In this document: positions 40,766 to 54,987 of the stretch, in pieces | Layout of the letters: every line of letters starts with the position of its first letter | How positions within the stretch are numbered: position 1 is the stretch's first letter | Origin: Octopus sinensis | Lineage: Eukaryota | Reading direction: 5' to 3' | Length of the DNA: 64,000 bases | Assembly (NCBI RefSeq): GCF_006345805.1 | Contig: NC_043009.1 | Span: 19,716,001-19,780,000, forward strand | Translations under genes and position numbers: made by a program | Notes under the pieces: generated by a model | What the model saw: only the letters and a program-made list of their open reading frames with translations | What the model was told of the DNA's origin: nothing | The model's database searches: none

Positions 40766-40768
<3 letters not shown>
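40564..40768. repeat. Near-perfect 205-bp palindrome (arms ~99/98 bp, 8-nt loop CTTTAACA), flanked by TA
   Basis: 40564-40662 is the reverse complement of 40671-40768 with one indel and one terminal mismatch. Confidence 0.92.
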
Positions 40769-40806
<38 letters not shown>

Positions 40807-41423
40807 GTGTGTGTGTGTATATATATATACAGGTTTTAGTTCTCTTAAACAAGTGTAATTCAATGCTAGACGCTGTACTATAAAATATAGAAATACGATT
40901 GAGTTTAGTCAACCCTGTATGTGTGGGCATCTGTATACACCTTGTATACACCCGGTATTTATATACGATATTTATCCATAAAGCTATTTCAAAGAACGTC
41001 AAAACGTTTACACTCATGTGTCACGTCCAATGTTGGTTAAAATCTACAGTGACGGATTCAGTTGTGGAGATGTTCTATAAAACGAGCAATACCTGAAATA
41101 ATACATGCAACTTCATTGCCAGAAGATTTTGGCATTTACCAAATATATTCCAGTTGTTTACTAACATGAAGTTCTTGAATCACATTAAAAATGGTAATTC
41201 TACTTTGAAAGATAAGTTAAGAAAAGTATTCAGCGAGTGGGTATCAAATTATTTCCAAAGGAGATAAATATTCACAATCGAATAAAGCTTTAAAAAGAGA
41301 AAGAAGATTCTAGTTTGGAAGACAAATTAAAACAATAAAAAATTGAGAGAGAATGATAAGGCGGACGCATGGAAGTAGTCATTCTTTAGTCAAAGTTGTG
41401 GGACATTAATCACAAAATTGTAA

Positions 41424-41503
<80 letters not shown>

Positions 41504-41801
41504 TCGCACACAGATGAGGTTTTCAAAATTTAACTTTTTTGTGCCAAAAATCTATTTTTACTGTAATTTCGGTGGAAACTTGCGAACATTTTAGTAATCA
41601 TATCCATTAAATTAGACATTCAGATCTGTTTTGTATTTAATAAGAAACATGTGATGTTTACGGCCTTCAACCGAGGAAATATGATGATAGCGAGAATCTA
41701 AAATTAAATAGAAATTGGACATTGCAAATAGCAAGGTTGAATTTAGCGTAATTAGATAGATAAATCAGGAAAATATATCTGGGCAAGTGTTTCGATAATG
41801 T

Positions 41802-41924
<123 letters not shown>

Positions 41925-42827
41925 GAAGAATTCTATGAATTTCCAAACAATCTCCATACTTTATAGAAGCATGTTAACTTATTATCAATGCTGCTAATAA
42001 ATACAGACAGTAAATTTGCTTGTGGCAGGTTTCATTTTAGGGTCAAATCTGCCTCATAATTAAGAGTGTATTTCGTTTAAATAACGCACGTTCATATGGC
42101 TCATTATCTATCGCCTGACATGCGTTTTTTCAAACCCACACAGATACATTGTGAGCAATTTAAGCCGTTGCCAACAAATTGACAAAAACATTTGTTTTAA
42201 ATTAGAAAATAACAGACATTTAAATTCTGTTTAAGTTCCAGAATTATACAATTAGATACGAGAATGTGGCTTGCAATAAGATACTGGCACTTTTACTCGT
42301 GTCTATGGCAGGATTAGATACTTTGTTTGATAGTAGAAAGTGCTGGTTATCAAGGATTGCGCTCGTTCTAATGACTACCAGATAAGCAGGCATTTCTGCA
42401 CAGTATATCTGACAGTGGTTAGCAGTGAAGCATGACTGAACGCGCTGCTAATGATTTCCGTTAGTATTTCGTCATGAATTTATCCTAATTGTCCGAATAA
42501 AGTTTTTAAAAACAAAACATTTAAGCAAATACAAATAAATCTAGCTTTTTCAAAACCCTCGTATATTTTAACTAATTGTACATGTGTGTATGTGCGTGTG
42601 TGTGTGTGTGTGTGTGTGTTTTGTGTGTGTGTTTGTGTGTGAGGACGCGTGTGTGCCAATGTGTGTGTATATTTGTGTCTATGCGATGTGTCTGCGAGTA
42701 TGTGTGTGTGTGTGTGTATATATATATATGTAGGCACATATACATAAATACACACATACAAACACGAAAACATAATCAGAATAAAAAAACACGCAGATAT
42801 ACATTCTAGAGGGATGCACTGATACAC

Positions 42828-42952
<125 letters not shown>

Positions 42953-42961
42953 TACACACAG

Positions 42962-43228
42962 GAAGGTGTATGGCTCAATGGTTAGAGCATCGGGCTTACA
43001 ATCATGAAGCCGTGCTTTATTTTACGTCGCAAATGAGTTTCAAAGTCACTGGTGCCAAGCTGTATCGTCCTTTAACTTTCCCTTGGACAATATTGGTGCC
43101 ACGGAGAGGGGAGACTAGTATGCATGGGTGACTGCTAGTCTTCTACAAACAATCTTACGCGGACCTGTGCACCGGAGGGGAACTTGTTAGCTGCAAATGT
43201 ATGGTCATTCGCCACCGAAGAAGTCTTT
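42962..43228 (+). mobile_element. Family B SINE, deleted copy
   Basis: Head GAAGGTGTATGGCTCAATGGTTAGAGC and body GGTGCCAAGCTGTATCG..GTATGCATGGGTGACTG match 39766-40103. Confidence 0.75.
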
Positions 43229-43263
43229 AGTCTTTTATGTAAATATGTACATATTTACATACA

Positions 43264-43364
<101 letters not shown>

Positions 43365-44649
43365 CGAGGGGCGTTCAATAAGTATGCCTCTGACCCACTT
43401 GCAGTTGTTTGATCTAGCTGAAATTGCATGTGCAATTATTTATATCTCTATAGATTAAGTGGTAAATTACAGCTCTGAACTAATTGTGGTTTCTGATTTA
43501 CAGGTGTTTGAACTGAGTCAAGTGTGAAATGGAGCCTGTTGAGTGTCGGGCAGTGATCCACTTTTTATATTTGAAAGGACGCACACCACGGGAGACTTTT
43601 GATGAAATGAAAGTAACTTATGGTGATGATGCCCCATCATATGACCTTGTAAAACGCTGGCTTGTGAATTCAAACATGGTCGGAACTCTATGGAAACAGC
43701 TCCAGATCTGGTCGCCCCTCCTACTGCTATTGATGAGGCATCTGTCCATCAAGTTGAGGCTGCCATTTTGGAAATCGACGCATAACTATTCGCCAAATAG
43801 CCCATGAGGTCAAGATTAGTACCGGGTCTGTGGAAACCAATCATTCATGACCATTTGCATATGCAAACGGTGTCTGCCAGATGGATTCCCAGGTTGCTCA
43901 CACACCTTTCTGGAAGCAAGAACGCGTCGAGTGCTCGAGATGAATTTGGAGATGTGCCAAGAAATGAGTCAAAATTTTCAAAAGACTGATTACACAGGAT
44001 GAAACCTGGGTCCATCACTATGATCCAGAGACAAAAGCCCAGTCAATGCAGTGGAAGCACCGTGACTCACCTCCTCCAAAGAAGGCAGGGGTGCAGCCCT
44101 CCGCTAGCAAGGTCATGCTCACAGTCTTCTGGGACCAGGACGGAGTAGTGATGACAGATTTCCTGGCAAGGGGTACCACAATTACAGGAGCCTATTATGC
44201 TTCACTTTTGATGAAATTAAGAGAAGCTATCAAAATCAAGAGGCGGGGCAAGATCAGCAAAGGCATCCTCCTCCTGCAGGACAACGCTCCGGTCCACAAC
44301 TCGATGGTCGCCAGATCAGAAGCACAGGCGTGCGGCTATGAACTCCTCCCCCATGCCCCTACTCTCTTGACCTTGCACCCTCGGATTTTCACCTCTTCCC
44401 AGCCATGAAGTTGTTTTTGAAAGGAAAGCGTTTCCCAGATGATGCAGCCTTGATTTCTGAAGTCACGTCGTGGTTAGAGGACCAAGCTGGGGTCTTCTAC
44501 AAAAACGGTTCCAGAGCTGCATCAAACGATGGGAGAAATGCGTAACTCTGGGTGGTTTCTATGTAGAAAAAGACTAATAACTGTGCCAAATTTCGTTGCT
44601 CTACTGCTGTGGGAAGTGGGTCAGGGGCATTACTTATTGAACGCCCCTC

Positions 44650-44650
<1 letters not shown>
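43365..44650 (+). mobile_element. Full-length mariner transposon (1286 bp; irritans/Himar-like subfamily likely)
   Basis: TIRs CGAGGGGCGTTCAATAAGTA.. / ..TACTTATTGAACGCCCCTCG (~37 bp), TA duplication, inserted in (TA)n. Confidence 0.95.
43529..44577 (+). pseudogene. Mariner transposase, frameshifted
   Basis: MEPVECRAVIHFLYLKG..; WIPRLLT; TQDETWVHHYDPETKAQSMQWKH; KVMLTVFWDQDG; LLQDNAPVH; frameshifted YS-DLAPSDFHLF; ends ..YVEKD*. Confidence 0.92.
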
Positions 44651-44736
<86 letters not shown>

Positions 44737-44853
44737 ACGACATACATATATATATATTATGTATATATATATATAATATATATATATATTATATATATAT
44801 ATATATATATACATACATAATATATATATATATATATATAATATTATATATAT

Positions 44854-44898
<45 letters not shown>

Positions 44899-45005
44899 TT
44901 ATATATATATATTTCAACAATTGAGGGTAAAATTAATTAATTATTAATCAATTTCACAAGTATTCAGTATGTAAAGGGACCATTTAAGGCGAATTCAAAT
45001 ATTAC

Positions 45006-45148
45006 ATTTTATAAAGGGCTTAGTAAAATAAATTACTTTGCCACATACTGAACTCATTAGAAATAGCAGCCAAAAAAAATTTTTTTTGGCTGCTATTTCT
45101 AATGAGTTCAGTATGTGGCAAAGTAATTTATTTTACTAAGCCCTTTAT

Positions 45149-45153
<5 letters not shown>
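45006..45153. repeat. Perfect 148-bp palindrome without spacer (centre A8T8)
   Basis: 45006-45079 is the exact reverse complement of 45080-45153. Confidence 0.92.
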
Positions 45154-45192
<39 letters not shown>

Positions 45193-45242
45193 TATATATA
45201 TATATATTATATAATATGTATGTATATACATACACACACATA

Positions 45243-45411
45243 TAGGCGCAGGAGAGGCTGTGTGGTAAGCAGCTTGCTTACCAACCATATGGTTCCGGGT
45301 TCATTCCAACTGCGTGGCACCTTGGGAAAGTGTCTTCTACTATAGCCTCGGGCCGACCAAAGCCTTGTGAGTGGTTTTAGTAGACGGAAACTGCAAGAAG
45401 TCCGTCGTATA

Positions 45412-45464
<53 letters not shown>

Positions 45465-45648
45465 GCGCGTGTATATGTTTGTATGTCTGTGTTTGTCCCC
45501 CCAATATCACTTGACAACCGATGGTAGTGTGTTTACGTCCCCGTAACATAACGGTTCGGCAAAAATAACCGATAAAATAAGAATAAGTCCTGAGGTCGAT
45601 TTGCTCGACTAAAGGCAATGCCAAATGACTGAAACAAATAAAAGAGTA
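45243..45648 (+). mobile_element. tRNA-derived SINE, family C, with internal (TA)n/(TG)n tract
   Basis: Head GGCGCAGGAGAGGCTGTGTGGTAAG..GGTTCCGGGTTCATTCC; 3' part (CTTGACAACCG..GTTTACGTCCCCGTAAC..GGTTCGGCAAAA) recurs at ~58255-58430. Confidence 0.75.
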
Positions 45649-46575
45649 TATTTATATATATATATACACACACACACACGCACTTAAAACAATTTAGAAA
45701 CTGCTGCTCGTTCATCAGAATTTATATCGAAGACTCCCACCACCAAAACCAGGAATAATTCAGTCTCTTCCTATATTTAAATTTACATGGCTATGACGTC
45801 TATTGATTTTTTTTAGAATGACTTCGGCCGCCATTTTTGGCCCCTTTCAGAGTCACTGAGTTAACAGTGAAGAAAGAATCAAGATATTCTCAGACCGAAG
45901 ACCTGGTCTGATTGCTTGCAACAGGATGAACTCCACCAATGTTACCTGGTACTACTGAATCAGGCAACAAATTAAGGCTTTGACTCATGAAAGATCCCTC
46001 TCAAAGACTTCCACCCCACTTCCAGGGACTTTGAGCTGAAGTTGAATATATATGTCTATTGTGTAGCATGCTGGGATTGAACCTAGATCTACGTAATTGC
46101 CATCTTCTTAATAGCCCAGCCGTGGCTGTTCCTCTTTTTTTTTTGTCCGTTTGCTTTTCTTTCCGATCTGTTTTTCTGTTTTTGTTTTGTTTGTCCCAGA
46201 TTCTACAGTTTTATGTTTCTTATATCTGAACAAGAATTAGAATTCGCAGCTGTTGAAGGAGACGGGGGAGAAGGAGAAGGAGTGGTACTTTCACATTTGG
46301 ACAAAAAAATTTAAAACAAATTTGAATGTCTATTGTTAAATGATTAATTAAAGAAGTACCATTTTTAGATGAAATAACGAAATCTTTCATTTCTCTGACG
46401 CCACCATTTCTGCTCTCTGGACATTTGCTTTGCAAAAACCGATTAATATTAGTCAAATTGTTCAATAACAAAATGTGAATGGACATTTCCTCATATCTCA
46501 CCATGGAAATAGTTTGGCTTTTAAACTACAGATTAATTGCTGGTGCTAAAACACCACCACCACCACCACCACCAC

Positions 46576-46608
<33 letters not shown>

Positions 46609-47015
46609 CCTCAATGACGACGACGACGACGACGACGACAACAACAACAGCAAAGCACCGCCATTTCTCACTTATGTTTATCAATCTTACACATCTTGCT
46701 TGAAGGAAAATATAATAAAAACAAGAAACAATCGGTTTGATACATCTAAGCCATCATGTCCAACTCTAAATTGTTGTTTGATTCTATAAGTTATCCAAAG
46801 CCTCTCATCTCGAGTCTGTTGGGCCGTGAACTGTTGTATCAAGCAAAGAAGATATTCTAAACAGTGATTTGTTACCATTTTTTTGAATATCATTAAGGTT
46901 AATGACCTGAACATCTCCAAGTTTCATCTTATTGGTTTGATCAGAACTAATCACTTTTGGACTTGGATCCTGCGTTCCATGCGGAAGAAGAAACAGTTTG
47001 GCATTTCTACTACTG

Positions 47016-47058
<43 letters not shown>

Positions 47059-47138
47059 ATTATATATTATAATATAGTTATATAATATATATTATATATA
47101 TATATAATATATATTATATATATATATATAATATATAT

Positions 47139-47172
<34 letters not shown>

Positions 47173-47214
47173 GTTATATTATATATAATCTATAGTATAT
47201 ATATATATATATGT

Positions 47215-47276
<62 letters not shown>

Positions 47277-47552
47277 ATAATATATATCTATATATATATA
47301 TGTGTGTGTGTGTGTGTATACATACATACATTTAATATTGTATGTATGTATGTATGTATGTATGTATATGTCAATGTATGTACGTATACGATCTTCGCTG
47401 CCTTGTTTAAAGAGGTAGACATAACAGCTGAAACAATAAACCAAATTTAGACAAACCCACTTCCTTGCTAAGTATCATTTCATTTTGCTGGGTGTTTGCC
47501 TTCGCATCTTCTTTCGTACGTAAATAACAACACCAATAACAATAACAACAAT

Positions 47553-48214
47553 ACAGTTGTTAACAGAGGTATTAAGGGACACAGATACAGATGAAAGATG
47601 CCTGGGGTTACAGAAAAGCAACTTGAAACCTGAAATGGAGGCCTTGACTCGTGCAGCATATGAACAAGTGTTGAGAGCAAACACAGAATTGACCATTCCA
47701 CAGACTCTGAGAAATGCAGGATGTGTGGTGCAAGTGGAGAGACAGTGTGATATATTTTAAGCGAATGCAGTAAATTGACCGAGGGAGACTACAAGAGAAG
47801 GCATGATAATGTCGCTAAAATGGTTCACTAGGAACTATGTAACGTGTTTGGATTGGGAAAAAGCAAGAAAATGGTATGAACATGAATCTAAGGGTGTGAT
47901 ACAAAATGACAGAGAAAAGATACTTTAGGACTTCATGATGCAATGTGATCATGAATTCGAACGTCGGAAACCCTATTTTGTATTGGTAGATAAGGAAGAA
48001 AAATTGTGCCTGATCATAGACGTCGCTTGCCTTGAGGATAGCAGAATCGCCGAAATGAGAAAAACTGTCGCGATATGAAGCTCTGAAGAGAGAAACCAAA
48101 AACTACGGTCTATGAAAAAGGTGTATATTATGTTAGAAATATTTGGCGCAGAGAGCAAAGAAATAGAAAGTTGGCTGGAATACATAAGCATAAAAATAAA
48201 AACATAATAATTAT
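47553..48214 (+). mobile_element. R4/Dong-clade LINE 3' fragment 1 (CCHC finger + restriction-like endonuclease)
   Basis: EKCRMCGASGETV*YILSECSKL..YKRRHDNVAKMVH..KWYEHESKGVIQND..KIL*DFMMQCDHEFERRKP..VDKEEKLCLIIDVACLEDSRI. Confidence 0.85.
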
Positions 48215-48622
48215 AATTAAGGTAAAGCAAAGTTGCTTGTTTATCGACCCATCATGCCCGTTTGATTCCAGTAAAGAAAGAAGATAGAAAATAAAGAAAA
48301 TATAATCCTTTAAAATTTGAAATAGGAAGAATTTGGAGTATGAAAACTGTAAAGGTCGTGACTATAATAATTGGTGCATTGGGAACAGTAAGCCAAGATA
48401 TAGACTAATGGATGAAGGAGATTGAAATAAAATACTCGGTAGAGTCCCCAACAAAAGTTTGTCTCTTAGGGACAGCAAGGATTATCCGGAGGGTTCTAAG
48501 CACTTGGAAGATCACTGAAAACTTCTGTATACCTAAGGTTACAGGTAGTAAACCGCTACCCGTATAAATCCTACCAGGAATAAGACCGAACCTGAGCCAA
48601 ACCAAAATAATAATAATAATAA
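48215..48622 (+). mobile_element. R4/Dong-clade LINE 3' fragment 2 with 3' UTR and (AAT)n tail
   Basis: CLFIDPSCPFDS..LKFEIGRIWSMKTVKVVTIIIGALGTVS..KVCLLGTARIIRRVL; ends in (AAT)n. Confidence 0.85.
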
Positions 48623-48762
48623 TTTTACATAATTTGATTTTATTTTGTAACTGAACAATCTGGTGTGTTTATTTTAAAGGCCTATCAATATATTCAGGGC
48701 GTTTCTTAACCTAGGTGTTGGCAAGACACTCGGCAAGAAATGGAAACAAAATTCAAAGAAAA

Positions 48763-48830
<68 letters not shown>

Positions 48831-48847
48831 ATAATAATAATAATAAT

Positions 48848-49478
48848 CCTTTCTACTTTAGGCAAAGGCCTGAAATTTGGGGGGAGGGGTATAGTCGATT
48901 GTATTTACACCAGTGCGTAACTGGTACTTATTTTATCGACTCTGAAAAGATGAAAGGCAAAGTCGACCTCAGTGGAATTTGAACTCAGAACGTAAAGACG
49001 GACGAAATGTCGCTAAGCACCTTACCCATAGTACCAGCGATTTTGCCAGCTAATGATAATAATAATGCTAATGCTTTCTAATTTTAGAGGGGAGGGGGTA
49101 AGTCGATTACTTTGACCCAGTGCTCAACGGGTCCTTATTTTATGGACGTCGAAAGGATGAAAGGCAAGATGGGATTTGAACTTGGGACGTAGAGACAGGT
49201 GAAACGTCGCTAAGTATCTTGATCAGTTTCATAACGATTCTGTCGACTCGACACTTTGAATATTGAGTTCAAATTTTGACACAAGGCCAGCAATTTCTTG
49301 GGAGAGAACAAATCGATTACATGGATCCCCAGTACTCGACTGGTACTTAGTTTATGAACCTCGAAAGAGTGAAAGGCAAAGTCGACCCCGGTGGCATTTG
49401 AACTCAGAATGTAAAGTCGGAAGAAATGCCGCTAAGCATTTTGTCCAGCGCGGTAACAATTCTTTCAGCTTGCCGCGC
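48848..49478 (-). mobile_element. Cluster of three family D SINE monomers
   Basis: Three occurrences of GAAAGGCAA..GAATTTGAACTC-type reverse-complement body separated by (AAT)n remnants. Confidence 0.8.
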
Positions 49479-52017
49479 TAATAATAATTAACAACAACAA
49501 CAACAACAACAACAATATACGTGTTGGATTACGTGTTGGGTTACCTCAATGTTTTTATTCCTTTTGTCTGATTTTTGTTTTGTTTCTGTTGCCGAAACGA
49601 AATACAGAAACTCTATAAATAAAACGAAAACGTTATTGAAACAAAGACTCGAATATTTCCGTATTTATTTGGCATCAAAGTATTTTCTGAAAGCAATGAA
49701 TACCAGCATAAATATTGTTTATGCTGAATAATATGTATTTAGGTATCTCCTTAAATGCTGATTTATCTGAATTTTTTTTAACGGAATTGTCAAATGATTG
49801 TCTTTGCAGGCAGCACGAATTGCGAAAGGCAAGCGTTACGATGCAGCGAAAGATATAAAACAGAAATAAATAATTGAAATCGTTTCCGATCTGCGATTTC
49901 TGATGTTCCATTTCTGCTAATGATGTTTCCGATTTATTAAACATCGAAGTTATTATACACTGTAAATGTTTCCCATCAATGCTACACACTTAAATTTATT
50001 GGAAACAAAAACAAATAAACGCTTAAAACATCAACAAAAAATAAATGTAATCAAAAGCTTTCTATAAATGACACATTTGGTAATTCGTATTATTAATGAA
50101 ATCAGTTAAGATGCAGAAAAAAAAAATATGATTTTTATTTCTTCAAGAGTCAAATGTCCGGAATAAATGTTTTCTTTCTTTCTTTCTTTCTTTCTTTCTT
50201 TTTCTTTCTTTCTCATTGGAAATGAAAATAATAAAACAAGTTTTGACAAATTATGTAAAATAAAAAAAAAAACTAAAGGGAATAACATTCTAACCTCCCC
50301 GTCTGTGCTAATAATTTATTGATATTTGAACAAAAAACAAACGAGCATGCAGGATTGCGTGACAAGTGGCAGACATATTGCCAACTGAACAAAACTGCTT
50401 CACAAAAGAGGATTGCAAAAAAAAAAAAAAAAGAAGAGAGAACATTGTTTCTCTCTTTGCTAATGTTTGCTCCACACGCAGCAATGTAGAACATTTCATT
50501 CTTTTGTTCATGTAGGAACTATGCACTGCCTCCCCGCCACTTCGTTCAACCATTGCAGAAAGCTTACAATAAACAGCTTGTAGCGTGATTCTTTCAATTA
50601 GAGAACATCATACAAAAAAACTGACAACCAATAAACATTTATGGATTTCTGTTTTATTGTTTGTTGAAAATAGTTCCGTTTGTGTTTGTTTAGTGTTCCT
50701 TAATTTAACTGAGCTGTGAGTATTATTTTGGTATTTGCTGCTAGGTTACATATTGTATTTACCAATTCTCTACATTTGCTCACCGCTCTGTTGCACTATT
50801 TCCCCCAACACTGTTGCCATTTGTTAAACTGGTCAAATTTATACTTAAATGTTTTTATTTTCTCCTAACTGCCATATTGTCTGCTTACAATGAATCAAGT
50901 GAACGAGGTAATACAGCGGTTATAAACTAACCACAGCGACATCTATCAGATATTTTATCAAATAATCGCCGACAGACGATCGTTGTTTATTATCTCCAGT
51001 AACATTTCCTTACAACTGTGTTGCTGCTGGTCCATCGCGTGCGTTGTTGATATCAGATCATCATTAAAGAGAACATGTACCAAAATGACTGAATCAAGAA
51101 AAGCAAGCCTCTTGCACACGAAGAACACTCATACACAATTTGCGAAGGTTGTCCATGAGTGCAGCCTGCTTGTTGTGGAAAGTGACTCGGTTGGTTCTTT
51201 AATTACCAGCAATGAATGAGTGAAGACTGTCACGGGAGATGACGTTCTGTAAATTTGTGTACCGGGAAGCCATACTGCTAAATATATTAAACGATATTTT
51301 AAATATATATATACATACATGAACACATACAAACATACATACATACGTACAATCATACGTGCGTACGTACCTACACACATAGATACATACACATATACAT
51401 ACACATATAACACCATATATACACACAAACACACGCATACGTACACACATAATACACACACATACATACAGGCATACATACACACACATACACAGAGACG
51501 CATCTACATACATACACACATACATACATATATACATTCATGCATACGTACATACATAACTGCGTACCTAAATATCTACCTACCTACTTACCTACCTACC
51601 TACCTACCTACCTACCTACCTACCTACCTACCTACCCACCCACCTACCTACTTACCTACCTACCTACCTACATACATACATGCGGTATATCCTAGTGTAC
51701 AGTGTATTGTCAGTAGATTTCCTCTGGGCAATATATGTAAAGCTAAGAGAACCACGGGAAAGGTATAAACTACCCATCGTTAATTAGTCATTACAACAGC
51801 AAAATAAATCACGACTTTGACAGCCGCCATGTCATGTTCCTGAAATTTATGTTTTTATTCCTGACAAAAGAGTTTCTTACATTACTGTAGACACAGAGAG
51901 AGTCGTGTCTTCGGTCGAAGACTCTTCAGCATCGTGTTTACTTCCTAATGTTTTTCGAAAGAGCAATAATATTCTTCATATTAGCTGCAGAACGGATTAA
52001 AATTGATACAACGATGT

Positions 52018-52051
<34 letters not shown>

Positions 52052-52145
52052 TTGTAGTATATAATACATATCTAATCACTCTCTTGCTCTGTCTCTCAAT
52101 ATATATATACGTATACATACATATTTACATAGATATGTATATATG

Positions 52146-52189
<44 letters not shown>

Positions 52190-52206
52190 ATATATTATAT
52201 ATATAT

Positions 52207-52240
<34 letters not shown>

Positions 52241-53365
52241 AAACTTAGAATAACTTAGAAAGGTTTTGGCCAGTATCGGCCCAGGCCATGTCTAATATAT
52301 ATATATATACACATACATACATACACATACATACATGCATGCATACATACAAACACACATACATATATACATACATACATACACATTGTAAAACGTGAAT
52401 ATATATATCCTTTGAAAAATAAGCTAAAAAAATACAATCAAAGACCTAATAATTATCTCTTTCCTTCATGTAGGGGTCATACACCATTCTTAATAAACGA
52501 TAATCGATTTTCTCAGTTTGTTCCCTTCACTTTCCGTTTGAGTCTACAAGTATTGTTGTTGTTGTTGTTGTAGCTTATTCTCACCCCACCCCTCTCAGGA
52601 TGAGACTCTGTAGCAGATGAGAGTATTTATGGAGGAGAGTGACATGGCGTGTGTCGTTAGTAAAGCTGTGAACGGGTTTGAAAGATTCTACTGGAATCTA
52701 CTGGAAGGATTCGTGAGAGGCAAGGACAATACAAGAGGCAAACACGAAATTAAAGGACTTCACAGAAGAATGGAATCGTTGCTTCATCTTAGTAATATGC
52801 AGGTATGCATGTATGTATATATGCATGTATGTGTATATGTATGTATGTGTATATGTATGTATGTGTGTATGTATGCATGTATGTATGTATGCATGTGTGT
52901 ATGTATGCATGTATGTGAGTATGTATGTATGCATGTATGCATATATGTGTGTATGTATGTGTGAGTGCATGCATGTATGTGTTTGTGTATATGTATGTGT
53001 GTATGTATGTGTATATGCATGTATTCATGTAAGTATGAATGTATGTATAAATAGATGGATATAAATAGATATAGATATGTGTATGTGTATATATCTATAT
53101 GTATATATGTGTATATGTATATATGTGTGTGTGTGTGTATATATGAATGTCTATATATATATATATATGTATGTATACTAGTTTATATATGATGTATATA
53201 TATATATATATATGTATGTATGCATGTATGTATATATATATATATATACACATATACACATATACACAACATATACGCACACACACATATATTTACACAT
53301 ATATATATATATGCGTGTTTGTACGTGTACGTATGTATGTGTTTGTATGTAAGTAAGTAGGTGTG

Positions 53366-53403
<38 letters not shown>

Positions 53404-53707
53404 GACACTATGTATGTCGGTATATATGCACGTAGCGTAAGGCATGTGTTATCCATGCAGTATTGGCCTGATAAGGCATTGATGGATTCTGTAAATATTC
53501 CGGATTCTCTGAAAGAGATTGGGAAGAAATGAAGAAAATGGTTTCGCTGCGCCGATAAGAAGGGGAAGAAAGAATGATTAGTTTTGGTGAAAGCAAAATC
53601 AACAAACTGACGCTAATGTCAATAGTAAAGAGAAACCGAGGAGGAAGAGAAGAGGAAGACGTTTAAGTAAAAATAGGATAAAGAAAGAAAAAGAAAAAGA
53701 AAAGCTA

Positions 53708-53759
<52 letters not shown>

Positions 53760-53989
53760 AGAGAAAGGGTGGACGAAGGAGTCGAAGAAATGTAGAAATA
53801 TGAGAGTAGTAGTAATATAGTAATAAGAAGGAGAGGGAAGGAGGAGATGATGAATTATGAAAAGGAAAAGAAGAAAAAAGATGAAGAAAAGCAATGGATA
53901 GAAGAAAAATGGGAAGAAGAAAAGTGAAAAGGAGAATAGGAAGGAAAATAGTTTTAGTTGAAAAGAAAGAAGGCTGAGAAAAAAAAAAC

Positions 53990-53998
53990 AAGAAGAGA

Positions 53999-54070
<72 letters not shown>

Positions 54071-54500
54071 CAATAATAATAATGCGGTGGTAGTGGTGGA
54101 GGGAGGGGAGAAGGAAAAGGAGAAGAAAAAGATGATGATGGTGGTTATGATGACGATGATGACGATGACGTTGATAAGGATGGCTATGATGATGACGACA
54201 AGGACGAAAACGATGATGATGCTGCTGCTACTGCTGTTACTGCTGCTGCTGCTGAGGATGATGACGACGACGATGATGATGACATGAATTAGAAAAAGAA
54301 AGGAAAAAGGAAAAGAAGGAATAAGGAAGAAGGTAAAAGGAAGAAAAGACAAATAAAAAGCAGAAAAGAACAAAAAAAGGAAGCAAGGCGAAGATCAAAG
54401 AAGATAAAAGAGAAGAAGAAGAAGAAGAAGAAGAAGAAGAAGAAGAAGAAGAAGAAGAAGAAGATGAAGAAGAAGAAGAAGAAGAGGAGGAGGAGGAGGA
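53990..54500. repeat. (AAT)n, (GAT)n and (GAA)n compound microsatellites
   Basis: Direct reading. Confidence 0.9.
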
Positions 54501-54819
54501 GGGAGAGAAGAAAAGATTAAAATAAGGTGCTGAGTCGGTTGTTTTGTGTAAAGAAGCAAGGAAAATTAATGAATGTGTCGGTGAATATAGATAGATTTGC
54601 AGATGAGCGAAACACGAACCATAATAATAATGGCACTAGTCATAAAGTTGTCATAGTGTTTGTTCTGTCATAAAAAGGAACCGTACAAGATGTTAATGTA
54701 TCAGCGTTTGTCAGAATGGTCTCAGGTGAAATTCAATGATAATGTTTAACCCCAACCGAATGAAGTGAAGAAGAATTTGTAAACTATATAACGATACCAG
54801 ACACTACAGAAGAGAATCA

Positions 54820-54987
<168 letters not shown>

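Noticed and set aside
41100-41300. Possible pogo-like transposase remnant (KDKLRKVFSEW)
   Set aside because: Single weak motif
46690-47010. Possible host exon
   Set aside because: Stops in most frames; no recognisable product or clear splice pair
51895-51935. Minus-strand CTGAAGA-gtc-ttc-gac-cGAAG hammerhead-like motif
   Set aside because: GAAA is mutated and stems I and III are absent
53958-54373. Poly-N/E/M/L ORFs
   Set aside because: Microsatellite translations
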